Source: an uncultured Chryseobacterium sp. (GTDB lineage Bacteria; Bacteroidota; Bacteroidia; Flavobacteriales; Weeksellaceae). From it: a stretch of 64,000 nt of DNA. This document shows, piece by piece, positions 20,618-31,010 of this stretch. The notes below the pieces were generated by a model. It worked only from the letters and a program-made list of their open reading frames with translations, was not told the origin of the DNA and made no database searches. The translations under genes were made by a program, and so were the position numbers. The DNA is taken from the NCBI GenBank assembly GCA_913776245.1, contig CAJYLO010000017.1, forward strand, positions 21,184 to 85,183, given 5' to 3'. Every line of letters starts with the position of its first letter. Position 1 is the first letter of the stretch.

Positions 20618-21994
20618 TTACTTCATAGCAGTTTCTTTTGCTTTGAATTCGTTATACTTAGCAGTATTTTGTGTGGTCATATACATACCTTTCAGAAGGC
20701 TTACCACTTCCTTGTTATTAGGATCGTTAGCATACAATTTTTCCGCGTAAGGCAAAGCTTTCTGGAATCTTGCTCTTCTTTGCTCCAGCACTTTATTCGC
20801 TTCATCAATTTTTCCGGCTTTCTTAAGATCCCTGTACTGATTGATAGATGCTTCATCTTCGCCGATAATTGCAAAAACAAGATTATTCAATGCATTTGGA
20901 AATTTAGGATCAAGGTCAACCAGCTTTTTGAAAGTTGCTTCTGCTTCAGCCTGCTTAGAAGGATCTTTGCTTAGCATCACTCCAAGGTTGTAAAGACTTT
21001 CTTTATCATTAGGATTTGCAGCAATTTTCGCATTAAGATTTTTGATAAACTCGTCAGTTTTTCCGGATTTGAAAAAAGCATTACCCTGAGTCTGGGAAAG
21101 AGATTGGTTTTTAGGGAATTTCTTTAACCCTTCTTCTGCTACTTTTGCAGCTTCATCATACTTTTGCTGTTCGAATAGTAAGGATGCTGTGACCTCATAA
21201 AGCTCTTCCTGCTTGCTTGGTGTTTTTTCTACTTTGAAATCAGAATAACCGGCCTGTGCTTTTTTATAAAGATCAAATGCAGCTTTGTCAAGGTTTTCTA
21301 CCTGTCCTGTTTTTGTATTTTTTGCACTATAAATCGTTTCTTCACCGGTATAATTTGCTTTAATCAATGATGAAAGAATTTCAGCAGCTTTTGCTTTGTT
21401 CTCAGGTGACTGGGCGTAGGCGATGCCCGCATAGTAAAGAAAATTCTTACTATCCTGGCCCGCAGCTTTGAACAGATAATATGTTTCAGCAAATTTTTCT
21501 CCGGCAACATTAAAGTTCTTATTGTTATAAGCATTGGTAGCATCTTCGTTCGCTTTACGCAAAAGCGGATCTATGGTTGATCTGAGTTTTTCTGATAAAG
21601 CAGGTGAATATTTTTCCTGTTTAAGAGACAAACCGCTGCCAAATTTATCAGCCGCCTCTTTTCCTACAAAGTAAACTTTATTTTTATCAGCATCTTTGCC
21701 GGTATAGATTTCTTCTGATCCCAGAGAGGAGATCTTGGCCAGATATTCTGCACCTTCGATGTTTTTTCCTGATTTTAAAAGAGATAATCCTTTTGCATAA
21801 TAGTATTGTTCCAAAACAGAAGGTTCAAGAAGATAGGTTTTATCACCAAACATTCCTTCAGCTTTTGATAGTTCCGAATTAGCCGTAGAAAGATCTCCTG
21901 TATCCACTGCCTTTACAGCATTAGCAATTTCTTTTTTCTGTGCGAAAGCAATAGTCGCAGTAAGCATTGCTAAACTTAAAATTAACTTTTTCAT
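20618..21994 (-). CDS. Tetratricopeptide repeat protein (exported)
   Basis: Signal peptide; TPR-like helices (SLYNLGVML..AEATFKKLVDLDP); downstream of gyrA. Confidence 0.85.
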   Translation of the reverse strand: MKKLILSLAMLTATIAFAQKKEIANAVKAVDTGDLSTANSELSKAEGMFGDKTYLLEPSVLEQYYYAKGLSLLKSGKNIEGAEYLAKISSLGSEEIYTGKDADKNKVYFVGKEAADKFGSGLSLKQEKYSPALSEKLRSTIDPLLRKANEDATNAYNNKNFNVAGEKFAETYYLFKAAGQDSKNFLYYAGIAYAQSPENKAKAAEILSSLIKANYTGEETIYSAKNTKTGQVENLDKAAFDLYKKAQAGYSDFKVEKTPSKQEELYEVTASLLFEQQKYDEAAKVAEEGLKKFPKNQSLSQTQGNAFFKSGKTDEFIKNLNAKIAANPNDKESLYNLGVMLSKDPSKQAEAEATFKKLVDLDPKFPNALNNLVFAIIGEDEASINQYRDLKKAGKIDEANKVLEQRRARFQKALPYAEKLYANDPNNKEVVSLLKGMYMTTQNTAKYNEFKAKETAMK

Positions 21995-22011
21995 TTATTA
22001 TACTTTATAAT

Positions 22012-24639
22012 TTATTCGTTATCTTCTGTTTCATCAGCGTTTTCTCCCGCTTCTTCATCTTCAATTTTTCTCAGTTCATCTTTGTCCCCCAGATTGATCT
22101 GGTTGTCTCCGGTCTGAGGTTTATCTTTGAATTCCGGGTTATTGCTGTCATTTTCTGCGCCTTCTTCATTTTCTTCTTCTTCCACATCTTTGTCCATTTC
22201 AACTTTGGCTATTGCTGCAATTTCGTCATTACCTTTCAGGTTGATGACTTTCACACCCTGTGTATTTCTTCCCATCACTCTCAGGTCCGCAGTATTCATT
22301 CTGATAGCAACCCCGGACTTGTTAATGATCATTAATCCGTCTTCATCGGTCACACTCTGGATGGCAATCAGATTACCTGTTTTTTCGGTAATGTTAAGGG
22401 TAATCACACCTTTTCCGCCTCTGTTAGTAACTCTGTAGTCTTCAACTGCGGTACGCTTTCCATAACCTTTTTCGGATACAACCAGGACAGTGTCATTCTC
22501 CAGATCATTAACAACAATCATTCCTATTACTTCATCATTATCTTCAAGGGAAATACCTCTAACACCGATTGAACTTCTGCCGACTGCTCTTGCTTTTTCC
22601 TCAGGGAAACGGATACATTTACCATTTTTAGTAGCAATCATAATTTCGGAATTTCCGTCGGTTAATCTTGCGCCTAATAAAGCATCATTATCACGGATCT
22701 CTATGGCATTAACACCATTTGTTCTAGGTCTGGAGTAAGCTTCCAGAGATGTTTTTTTGATGGTACCGTTTTTGGTGATCATCACCACATTCATCTGGTT
22801 GATATATTCCTGATTTTTAAGATCTTTAGTTCTGATGTAAGCTTTGATCTTATCATCCGGTTCTATATTAATCAGGTTCTGAACAGCTCTTCCTTTTGCA
22901 GTTTTAGAGCCTTCCGGAACTTCGAAAACCCTCAGCCAGAAACATTTACCTTTTTCTGTGAAGAATAGTAAATATTCGTGGTTAGTTGCGGTTACTATAT
23001 ATTCTAAGAAATCTTCATCTCTGGTTGTGGCGCCTCTGTTTCCAACGCCGCCTCTGGACTGTACTTTATATTCGGAAAGCAATGTTCTCTTGATATAGCC
23101 GGCGTGAGAAATCGTTAATACAACTTTTTCATCAGGAATAATATCTTCGATGGACATTTCTCCGCCGGAATAATCGATTTCCGAACGTCTTTCGTCACCA
23201 TATTTTTCCTTGATCTCAAGCAATTCATCTTTGATGATCTGGTAACGTCTCGGCTCATTAGAAAGAATATCTTCCAGATCCTTAATGAAGGCCATTATCT
23301 CTTCATACTCGGCCCGGATTTTGTCCAATTCCATTCCGGTAAGGCGCGCTAATCTCAGATCAAGAATAGCCTGCGCCTGAATTTCAGATAACTCAAACTC
23401 TGAAATCAATCCTTCTTTTGCAGCCTGCGGATTGGCACTGTGACGGATAATCGCAATTGCTCTGTCCAAAGAATCCTGGGTACCGATAACTTTCATAAAG
23501 CCTTCAAGAATGTGCGCTCTTTCTTTGGCTTTTCTGAGTTCATATTCTGTTCTCCTTACTATCACTTCGTGACGGTGCTCTACAAAATGATGAATCAGAT
23601 TCTTTAAATTTAACTGCTCAGGTCTTCCTTTAACTAAAGCGATGTTATTTACTGAAAATGAAGTTTGTAGGGAAGTGTATTTGTATAAAAGGTTTAATAC
23701 GACATTTGGAATAGCATCATTCTTTAGCTCATAAACAATACGAAGACCTTTTCTGTCGGATTCGTCCCGGATCTCATAGATGCCGGTGATTTTTTCATCC
23801 TTAACCAACTCTGCGGTTCTGGCAATCATCTCAGCTTTATTTACCTGATAAGGTACTTCCGTTACAATAATTGCATTTCTGTTTCCAATTTCTTCGAAAT
23901 TAACCTTTGCTCTCAGAACAATACGTCCTCTTCCCGTGTGGAAAGCATCGCGAACACCATCATAACCGTAAATAATTCCGCCGGTCGGGAAGTCCGGAGC
24001 GATGATGTGCTTCATCAGTTCATCAATGGAGATTTCTTTATCATCAATATAGGCACAGATCGCATCGATACTTTCCGATAGGTTATGTGGCGCCATATTG
24101 GTGGCCATACCAACTGCGATCCCGGAAGTTCCGTTCACTAACAGGTTGGGGATTCTGGTAGGAAGTACGGTTGGTTCCTGTAAAGAGTCATCAAAGTTAT
24201 TCTGAAAGTCGACAGTCTCTTTATCCAGGTCGGCAAGAATCTCATCAGAGATTTTCTTCAGTCTTGCTTCCGTATAACGCATTGCTGCCGGCGGGTCACC
24301 ATCCATGGAACCGAAGTTTCCCTGTCCGTCTACCTGCTCGTAACGCAAGCTCCAAGGTTGTGCCATTCTCACCATAGCGTCGTAAACCGAGCTGTCTCCG
24401 TGCGGGTGATATTTACCCAAAACATCTCCAACGATTCTGGCAGATTTCAAATGTTTTCTGTTTGAAAATACATTAAGACCATACATACCATACAGAACAC
24501 GTCTGTGGACAGGCTTCAGTCCGTCTCTTACATCCGGCAACGCTCTTGATACAATGACCGACATCGAATAATCGATGTAAGAGGTTTTCATCTCGTCAAC
24601 AATGTTGATCGGTATTAACCTTTCTCCTTCCTTTTGCAT
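22012..24639 (-). CDS. gyrA: DNA gyrase subunit A
   Basis: [26 protein letters not shown] catalytic Tyr, GyrA-box QSRGGVG, acidic tail. Confidence 0.98.
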   Translation of the reverse strand: MQKEGERLIPINIVDEMKTSYIDYSMSVIVSRALPDVRDGLKPVHRRVLYGMYGLNVFSNRKHLKSARIVGDVLGKYHPHGDSSVYDAMVRMAQPWSLRYEQVDGQGNFGSMDGDPPAAMRYTEARLKKISDEILADLDKETVDFQNNFDDSLQEPTVLPTRIPNLLVNGTSGIAVGMATNMAPHNLSESIDAICAYIDDKEISIDELMKHIIAPDFPTGGIIYGYDGVRDAFHTGRGRIVLRAKVNFEEIGNRNAIIVTEVPYQVNKAEMIARTAELVKDEKITGIYEIRDESDRKGLRIVYELKNDAIPNVVLNLLYKYTSLQTSFSVNNIALVKGRPEQLNLKNLIHHFVEHRHEVIVRRTEYELRKAKERAHILEGFMKVIGTQDSLDRAIAIIRHSANPQAAKEGLISEFELSEIQAQAILDLRLARLTGMELDKIRAEYEEIMAFIKDLEDILSNEPRRYQIIKDELLEIKEKYGDERRSEIDYSGGEMSIEDIIPDEKVVLTISHAGYIKRTLLSEYKVQSRGGVGNRGATTRDEDFLEYIVTATNHEYLLFFTEKGKCFWLRVFEVPEGSKTAKGRAVQNLINIEPDDKIKAYIRTKDLKNQEYINQMNVVMITKNGTIKKTSLEAYSRPRTNGVNAIEIRDNDALLGARLTDGNSEIMIATKNGKCIRFPEEKARAVGRSSIGVRGISLEDNDEVIGMIVVNDLENDTVLVVSEKGYGKRTAVEDYRVTNRGGKGVITLNITEKTGNLIAIQSVTDEDGLMIINKSGVAIRMNTADLRVMGRNTQGVKVINLKGNDEIAAIAKVEMDKDVEEEENEEGAENDSNNPEFKDKPQTGDNQINLGDKDELRKIEDEEAGENADETEDNE

Positions 24640-24785
24640 AAATATTTTTAATTATTTGTAAATCAGAAGAATATACTAACTTCTGATCCATTGGGTTTTT
24701 CTGTTTTTTGTAACGGGCTAATTTACAAAAAAAATACGATTTTTGTAGTTCAAATTTATCAACACTAATCCTAAAAAAATAAATA

Positions 24786-25100
24786 ATGAGCATCCTGAGC
24801 ATTACCTTTCATACTACGGAACATAAAATTGCAGACTGGGACATTTATCTTGAAAATGAACTGCATCAAATGGTTGAAAATCTTATGGATGTAGATAAAT
24901 ATATATTATCTGACGTCCATTCTGAAATGCTGAATGAAGGTAAAAATACCAATCTTTTTCTATGGTTTGATAATGATGATTTACGCAGCCAGTTTATGGA
25001 AAGTGAACTCATCAATATTGAAGAACGGATTGCCCAGAAGTTCGGGAATGAGGTGATGGTTTTTCCGACGTTTCTTAACCCGAAAAAGAAAAGATTCTAA
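24786..25100 (+). CDS. Conserved hypothetical protein (DUF4286-like)
   Basis: 104-aa ORF; the KFGNEVMVFPTFL C-terminus resembles Bacteroidota DUF4286 proteins. Confidence 0.55.
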   Translation: MSILSITFHTTEHKIADWDIYLENELHQMVENLMDVDKYILSDVHSEMLNEGKNTNLFLWFDNDDLRSQFMESELINIEERIAQKFGNEVMVFPTFLNPKKKRF

Positions 25101-25142
25101 AGGAATAATTTTTGAGCATCAACAAAACACTCAAATCAATAT

Positions 25143-26780
25143 ATGTTTGACAAGCATCAACGAAAAATCAAGCGATCCGCCAGATTGATCTCTGTTCTTA
25201 GCAAATACGGGTTCCGGGATTTGCTTGCGAGAATGGGTAAAAAAACGGAAGAAGGCTCTGTGGATGAGATCGTTTCTGCAGGAACGGTTTATGAAAGAAT
25301 CAGGTTAGTTCTGGAAGAGCTGGGCCCAACGTTTGTGAAACTTGGACAGTCTTTCAGCAATCGGGAAGATCTGCTCCCGCCGGAACTGATTCAGGAACTG
25401 CAGAAACTTCAGGATCGGGTAGAAGTTGTTGAAATGAATGTTGAGGAGATCCTTGAGAACGAATTCAATATTTTGGTTAAAGATCATTTTTCGGAAATCG
25501 TTTTAAGGCCTTTGGCGACGGCTTCTATTGCGCAAGTTTATAAAGCTACATTGATTTCTGGAGAAGAAGTGATTTTGAAAATCAAAAAGCCGGATGTTCT
25601 TAGTATTATTGAGGATGATCTGCTGCTCATCAAAGATGTTGTGAAGCTGATATCCACCTATTCCGAAATGGGCGCTAAGCTGAACCTGAAGCAAGCAATT
25701 GGTACATTCGAAAAATCCTTGCTGGAAGAGGCTTCTCTGGTGAATGAGAGAAATAATATCAGGCAGTTTTCGCTCAATTTTAAACACAGCAAAGAGACCT
25801 ACGTTCCGCTTGTTTATGATGAATATTCCAATAATAATGTGCTTTGTATGGAGTATATTGACGGAATAAAAGTTACGGATAAGGCGGAACTACTTCGTCA
25901 TAACATTGATCCGGCTGATATTTCTGAGATTGGGCTCCGGCTTTTCGTTTCCCAGATCCTGGATTATGGTTTTTTCCATGCAGATCCTCACGCCGGTAAT
26001 ATCCTGGTGAAAAAAGACGGGCGAGTGGTTTTTATTGATTTCGGAGCAGTAGGTAAAATCCAGCCTAATGATAAAGAAATTCTGGAAAGTCTTATTGTCG
26101 CTTTTGTTGCCAAAAATCCCAATAAAATTGTGCGCTATCTCAAGAAAATGGCGGTGAGCTACGAGATTCCGGATGAAAGAAAATTTGAAAATGATGTAGA
26201 GGAAGTTGTAAGCTTCGTTCACAGCACCTCATTGAAGGATATAGATTCGAATACCATCATTAATAAAATGAAGGATGTGCTGAAGGATAACCGGCTTTAC
26301 ATGCCGGATTATTTCTACCTTCTTTTCAAAGGAATCGGTTTGATAGAAGGTGTAGGGCGCACCATTAACCCAGATCTTGATGTTGTGAAAAGTCTGCATC
26401 CTTACACCAGAAAAATATTTAAGAAGAGAATCAGCCCCAAAAAACTTCTTAGAAAAGGAGTGGACAAGGTGATGAACTTTGCTGATAATGTGGATGAAAT
26501 CCCAAAAGAACTTCGTTCAGTTCTTCAAAAACTGGATGATGATAAATTCACGATCTCCAGCGAGATTAAAAACATCGAGAAAACCAATCAGCTTATCAAA
26601 TCAAGCATCATCAACCTGATTTTAGGAATGATCCTGGGCGCTAATATTATTGCTACGGCCATCGTTTTTGTCTCGGAGTCCGGTCCCAGAATTGGAGAGT
26701 TGTCTGTGGTTGCCGGTTTAGGGAGTCTGTTCTCGGTATTTCTAATCATTATTCTTTTTTTGAGAATCAGCAGGAAATAA
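25143..26780 (+). CDS. ABC1/UbiB family atypical kinase
   Basis: LGPTFVKLGQ, ASIAQVYKA, FFHADPHAGN, IDFG; C-terminal TMs. Confidence 0.9.
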   Translation: MFDKHQRKIKRSARLISVLSKYGFRDLLARMGKKTEEGSVDEIVSAGTVYERIRLVLEELGPTFVKLGQSFSNREDLLPPELIQELQKLQDRVEVVEMNVEEILENEFNILVKDHFSEIVLRPLATASIAQVYKATLISGEEVILKIKKPDVLSIIEDDLLLIKDVVKLISTYSEMGAKLNLKQAIGTFEKSLLEEASLVNERNNIRQFSLNFKHSKETYVPLVYDEYSNNNVLCMEYIDGIKVTDKAELLRHNIDPADISEIGLRLFVSQILDYGFFHADPHAGNILVKKDGRVVFIDFGAVGKIQPNDKEILESLIVAFVAKNPNKIVRYLKKMAVSYEIPDERKFENDVEEVVSFVHSTSLKDIDSNTIINKMKDVLKDNRLYMPDYFYLLFKGIGLIEGVGRTINPDLDVVKSLHPYTRKIFKKRISPKKLLRKGVDKVMNFADNVDEIPKELRSVLQKLDDDKFTISSEIKNIEKTNQLIKSSIINLILGMILGANIIATAIVFVSESGPRIGELSVVAGLGSLFSVFLIIILFLRISRK

Positions 26781-26923
26781 TTCTGCTTTTCGCAGATCCT
26801 GAGGATCTTGTTTTTTCCTTAATATATTTATAATCCAAATAAATACATTAAATTTGCAACTTAATTTTAGACGAAATAATTAATTTAAAAGCACTCAATA
26901 CGGAGTGCATCACAAACAAATTT

Positions 26924-29188
26924 ATGAGTGTACCTCAAGCAATTACAGAGCTGATTACTCTTGCAGACGGCAGAGAAATCACAATTGAAACAGGGAAGCT
27001 GGCGAAACAAGCCGACGGATCTGTAGTCGTAAAAATGGGCGGAACAATGCTTTTAGCAACTGTTGTAGCCAGCAAAGAAGCCAATCCGGGCGTAGACTTC
27101 CTGCCGCTTACAGTAGATTACAGAGAAAAATTCTACGCAGGCGGAAAAATCCCAGGTAATTTTTTCAGAAGAGAAGCCAGACCATCTGACCAGGAAATCC
27201 TGACGATGCGTTTGGTAGACAGGGTTCTAAGACCTTTGTTTCCGGAAGATTTCCACGCAGAAGTGCAGGTGATGATTTCACTGATTTCTTATGACGGACA
27301 ATCTATTCCGGATGATCTTGCAGGTCTTGCAGCATCTTCGGCAATCGCTATTACCGATATTCCTTTCAACGGACCAATGTCTGAAGTGAGAGTGGTAAGA
27401 ATTGACGGAAAACTTTCCATCAATCCTAAATTCGAAGATCTTAAAAATTCTGACCTTGATATAATGGTTGGAGCTACTAAAGATTCTATCGTGATGGTGG
27501 AAGGTGAAATGAAAGAAATCACTGAAGCAGAAATGCTGGAAGCGATTACTTTTGCCCACGAAGAAATCAAAAAACAAGTAGAAGCTCAGGAAAGACTGGC
27601 TGCTAAAGTCGGAAAATCTTTTCCTAAAAGAGAATATAACCACGAAACTCACGATGAAGCCATCCGTGAAAAAGTGTGGAAAGAAACCTATGATAAAGTT
27701 TACGAAGTAGCCAAAACACCTTCCAGCAAAGAAGAAAGAGCTGAGAAGTTTAAGGCTGTGCGTGAAGAATTTTTAGCTCAATATGTAGATGATGCAGAAG
27801 AGCTGGAAAGAGTAACCCCTTTCGTAAAAGTATATTACCACGATGTGGAAAAAGAAGCGATGCGCCAGATGATCCTGAATGATAAAATCCGTCTGGACGG
27901 CCGAGATCCCGAAACCATCCGACCAATCTGGAGCGAAGTAGATTATCTGCCAGGAGCGCACGGTTCCGCCATCTTTACAAGAGGAGAAACCCAATCTCTT
28001 ACTGCCGTTACACTTGGCTCTATCAAAGATGCGAATATGGTAGACAGTGTTATGGCAAATTATGATGAGAGATTCTTCCTTCATTATAATTTCCCGCCAT
28101 TCTCAACCGGTGAAGCACGTCCTTTAAGAGGAACTTCCAGAAGAGAAGTTGGCCACGGAAACCTGGCTCAGAGAGCTTTGGCAAATATGATTCCTGAGGA
28201 AAACCCTTATACGATCCGTATCGTTTCTGATATTTTAGAATCCAATGGCTCGTCTTCTATGGCGACTGTCTGTGCAGGAACTTTAGCATTGATGGATGCC
28301 GGTGTCCAGATCTACAAGCCAGTTTCTGGTATTGCAATGGGTCTTGTGACCGATGTGAAAACAGGAAAGTTCACCGTACTTTCTGATATCCTTGGAGACG
28401 AAGATCATTTAGGTGATATGGACTTCAAAGTTACGGGAACTGCTGACGGCATCACCGCTTGCCAGATGGATATCAAAATCCAGGGACTGTCTATGGATAT
28501 TATGGAGAAAGCGCTTTTGCAAGCCAAAGACGGAAGGCTTCATATCCTCAACAAAATCACGGAGACGATTGCGGAGCCAAGAGCTGATGTGAAACCTCAC
28601 GCGCCTAAGATGGTGATGATGGAAATCCCGAAAGATTTCATCGGAGCTGTAATCGGGCCTGGTGGAAAAATCATCCAGCAGATGCAGAAAGATACCGATA
28701 CCGTTATCGCGATTGAAGAAGTGGGCGAAATCGGAAGGATCGAAATTTCCGGTATCAGCAGAGAAAAGATCAACGAAGCGGTTGCGAAGATCAACGAAAT
28801 TACCTTTGTACCGGTAGTAGGTGAAGTTTATAAAGGAAAAGTGGTGAAGGTCATGGATTTCGGGGCTTTTGTAGCGATTGCCAAAGGGACTGAAGGACTT
28901 CTTCATATCTCTGAAATCGAGTGGGCAAGACTTGACAAAGTACCATATAAAGAAGGTGATGAAGTGGAAGTGAAATTTATGGGTTATGATGACCGTAAAA
29001 AAATGAAGCTTTCCAGAAAAGTTCTATTGCCAAGACCACCAAGACCGGAGAAGAAAGAAGGTGAGCAGAGAGGTCCAAGACCGGAAGGGCAGAACAGACA
29101 AGACCGTCCTGCAAGACCAGAAGGAAACAGAAGACCGGAAGAAGGGCAAAAGCCAGCCGGAGATGAGAATTCTTCACCAGAAGCTTAA
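26924..29188 (+). CDS. pnp: Polyribonucleotide nucleotidyltransferase
   Basis: Two RNase PH domains ([19 protein letters not shown]), KH (VIGPGGK) and S1 domains. Confidence 0.98.
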   Translation: MSVPQAITELITLADGREITIETGKLAKQADGSVVVKMGGTMLLATVVASKEANPGVDFLPLTVDYREKFYAGGKIPGNFFRREARPSDQEILTMRLVDRVLRPLFPEDFHAEVQVMISLISYDGQSIPDDLAGLAASSAIAITDIPFNGPMSEVRVVRIDGKLSINPKFEDLKNSDLDIMVGATKDSIVMVEGEMKEITEAEMLEAITFAHEEIKKQVEAQERLAAKVGKSFPKREYNHETHDEAIREKVWKETYDKVYEVAKTPSSKEERAEKFKAVREEFLAQYVDDAEELERVTPFVKVYYHDVEKEAMRQMILNDKIRLDGRDPETIRPIWSEVDYLPGAHGSAIFTRGETQSLTAVTLGSIKDANMVDSVMANYDERFFLHYNFPPFSTGEARPLRGTSRREVGHGNLAQRALANMIPEENPYTIRIVSDILESNGSSSMATVCAGTLALMDAGVQIYKPVSGIAMGLVTDVKTGKFTVLSDILGDEDHLGDMDFKVTGTADGITACQMDIKIQGLSMDIMEKALLQAKDGRLHILNKITETIAEPRADVKPHAPKMVMMEIPKDFIGAVIGPGGKIIQQMQKDTDTVIAIEEVGEIGRIEISGISREKINEAVAKINEITFVPVVGEVYKGKVVKVMDFGAFVAIAKGTEGLLHISEIEWARLDKVPYKEGDEVEVKFMGYDDRKKMKLSRKVLLPRPPRPEKKEGEQRGPRPEGQNRQDRPARPEGNRRPEEGQKPAGDENSSPEA

Positions 29189-29209
29189 GATTATCTAATC
29201 AATCATAGC

Positions 29210-29241
29210 AAAAACCACCGGATTTTTCGGTGGTTTTTTTT
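29210..29241 (+). terminator. pnp terminator
   Basis: AAAACCACCG/CGGTGGTTTT hairpin plus T-tract. Confidence 0.85.
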
Positions 29242-29245
29242 GTGG

Positions 29246-29273
29246 AGTTTGATATCAGGATATTATGTTAAAT
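29246..29273 (+). other. dif-like site (perfect XerD arm, degenerate XerC arm)
   Basis: AGTTTGATATC-AGGATA-TTATGTTAAAT; the right arm equals the canonical XerD box. Confidence 0.45.
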
Positions 29274-29324
29274 TGGTGATGGAGAACCCTAGCGGGAGGC
29301 TAGGGTTTTTCAGTTTGTTGTGAG

Positions 29325-29343
29325 CACGGATTGCAAATCCGCG
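29325..29343. repeat. REP-like palindrome
   Basis: CACGGATT-GCA-AATCCGCG hairpin; a second hairpin AACCCTAGC/GCTAGGGTT lies at about 29285-29307. Confidence 0.55.
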
Positions 29344-29385
29344 TTATCGGGAGGAACTTCAACCCACCATTGTTGTACGTAGTTG

Positions 29386-30822
29386 TTAATTACTTCTCTC
29401 AATTATTTCCAATGCTTTTTCCAGTGCTTTTTCTTTTGAAGTGACAATATCAGGGATCACACCAATAAAATCATTTTCGTTAGCGCCAATATTATAATAT
29501 AATGTACTTGATATAGTATACTTTAAATCGGAATTGGGTAAATGAGTCGTGACGATATCACCAAAACTTTTAATTAACCCGCCGGTTTCTTCTCCGATTA
29601 TAATTCCTCTCTTGTAAAATTTAAAACATTGGGCAAAGTCTGCTGCGGAAGAATAAGTTTGCGAATTAATTAAAAGGTAGATATTACCATTATAACGCAA
29701 CGGGTTGTCATTGATACTATTATTATCTAAATACAATGTTTCAATTGTCCCGTTTTTTTTGGTTAGCGTTTCTATCTGCTCTTTGGTAGGCTCTTTGGAA
29801 CCTATATGAGCCCTCAGACGGTCTTTGTATAATTGGCTAAATTTTACATCAACTCTGTCATATTGCTTAAATGGTTTATCTAAAAAATATTGAAGAAAAG
29901 CATCTCCCACATCCGAATCTCCTCCCGGATTGTCAATTAAGTTTATTACAAGATTTTTTATTTTTTTATCCTTTATAACGCTAAAAGTTGAATCAGTAAA
30001 TTCTTTAAAACCGTTCCAATCAAATAGTTTAAAATCAATTATTGCGATATTGTTTTGAATGGTAAGCGTAAAATTCTTGTCAACTTCTTTTTTTTCTTCA
30101 GGCAAAGCCTTATTATAACTATCTTCATTTGCTATGAGTTCATTTTGTCTTACTGCGTCAATAACAATCGAATTCACCTTGGAATTGTGCGTGTATTTTA
30201 TCTTGTATTTTCCGTTTGTTTTATAAAGTTCTTCAATGAAGAAACTAAAATTTTCTGCGCCATATTCTGCCCTAAACACGGGGGTTTCACCTGTATTGAG
30301 GTTAATAATGTCATTCACAATTTTTTTTGCAGAATGGCCATTTATACTTATTATTTCACTATTGCTTGGAATTTGCGGCATATAACTGCCCTTGACGCTT
30401 TGGCATACAACATATGGCTTATCAGGAGTTAATTTGAAAACATAAGGTAATTCAAAAGGGTTTTTGCTCTCATACTCTCTTTGCGGGATTGGGAGGTCTG
30501 TATGACCGTCTTCTAATTTAGCCAAAAGCGGCTCAATTTTTAGATAGAAGTCAATTAAATCCAACTCGGTAGTCAAATTTTTCTTAACTAAACTTACGTC
30601 TTTATAGAATTTGTCCTTCGGGTATCTATAATAAGGATTAATGTGTGTTTCCTCTAAATAGTGAATTAATGTATCAATGTCTTGCTTCATTTGCAAAGGC
30701 GTTAGCTTGTTTATCTTCTGGGAAAAAGCCAGAGAAGATAATAGCAAGAATAATATAAGCAGGCCATTTTTTCCTGATAGTCTAAGTTTGCTGAACATTT
30801 TTTTACTTATTATTACACGCAT
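29386..30822 (-). CDS. S41 family peptidase (exported); start uncertain
   Basis: LEDGHT, INLIDNPGGD, TYSSAADF, IIGEETGG, GVIPDI motifs; signal peptide. Confidence 0.85.
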   Translation of the reverse strand: MRVIISKKMFSKLRLSGKNGLLILFLLLSSLAFSQKINKLTPLQMKQDIDTLIHYLEETHINPYYRYPKDKFYKDVSLVKKNLTTELDLIDFYLKIEPLLAKLEDGHTDLPIPQREYESKNPFELPYVFKLTPDKPYVVCQSVKGSYMPQIPSNSEIISINGHSAKKIVNDIINLNTGETPVFRAEYGAENFSFFIEELYKTNGKYKIKYTHNSKVNSIVIDAVRQNELIANEDSYNKALPEEKKEVDKNFTLTIQNNIAIIDFKLFDWNGFKEFTDSTFSVIKDKKIKNLVINLIDNPGGDSDVGDAFLQYFLDKPFKQYDRVDVKFSQLYKDRLRAHIGSKEPTKEQIETLTKKNGTIETLYLDNNSINDNPLRYNGNIYLLINSQTYSSAADFAQCFKFYKRGIIIGEETGGLIKSFGDIVTTHLPNSDLKYTISSTLYYNIGANENDFIGVIPDIVTSKEKALEKALEIIERSN

Positions 30823-31010
30823 AGGCTGTCAAATTGTTATACTCCGTTGGATAAAGGTGTCTGTTAAGAATTACGTATAACAATCAAATATACGCATTGC
30901 GCTAATATAAATTATAATCCATTGCGTTTATCCCAAAAATGTAAGGTTTTTGCATTGAAATTGCTATTTTGCAAAGTAGAGATTGTTTGCTAACGCTCGC
31001 AATGCCATTA

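Noticed and set aside
24380-24410. Quinolone-resistance substitution in the GyrA QRDR
   Set aside because: Sequence HGDSSVYD retains Ser83- and Asp87-equivalent residues.
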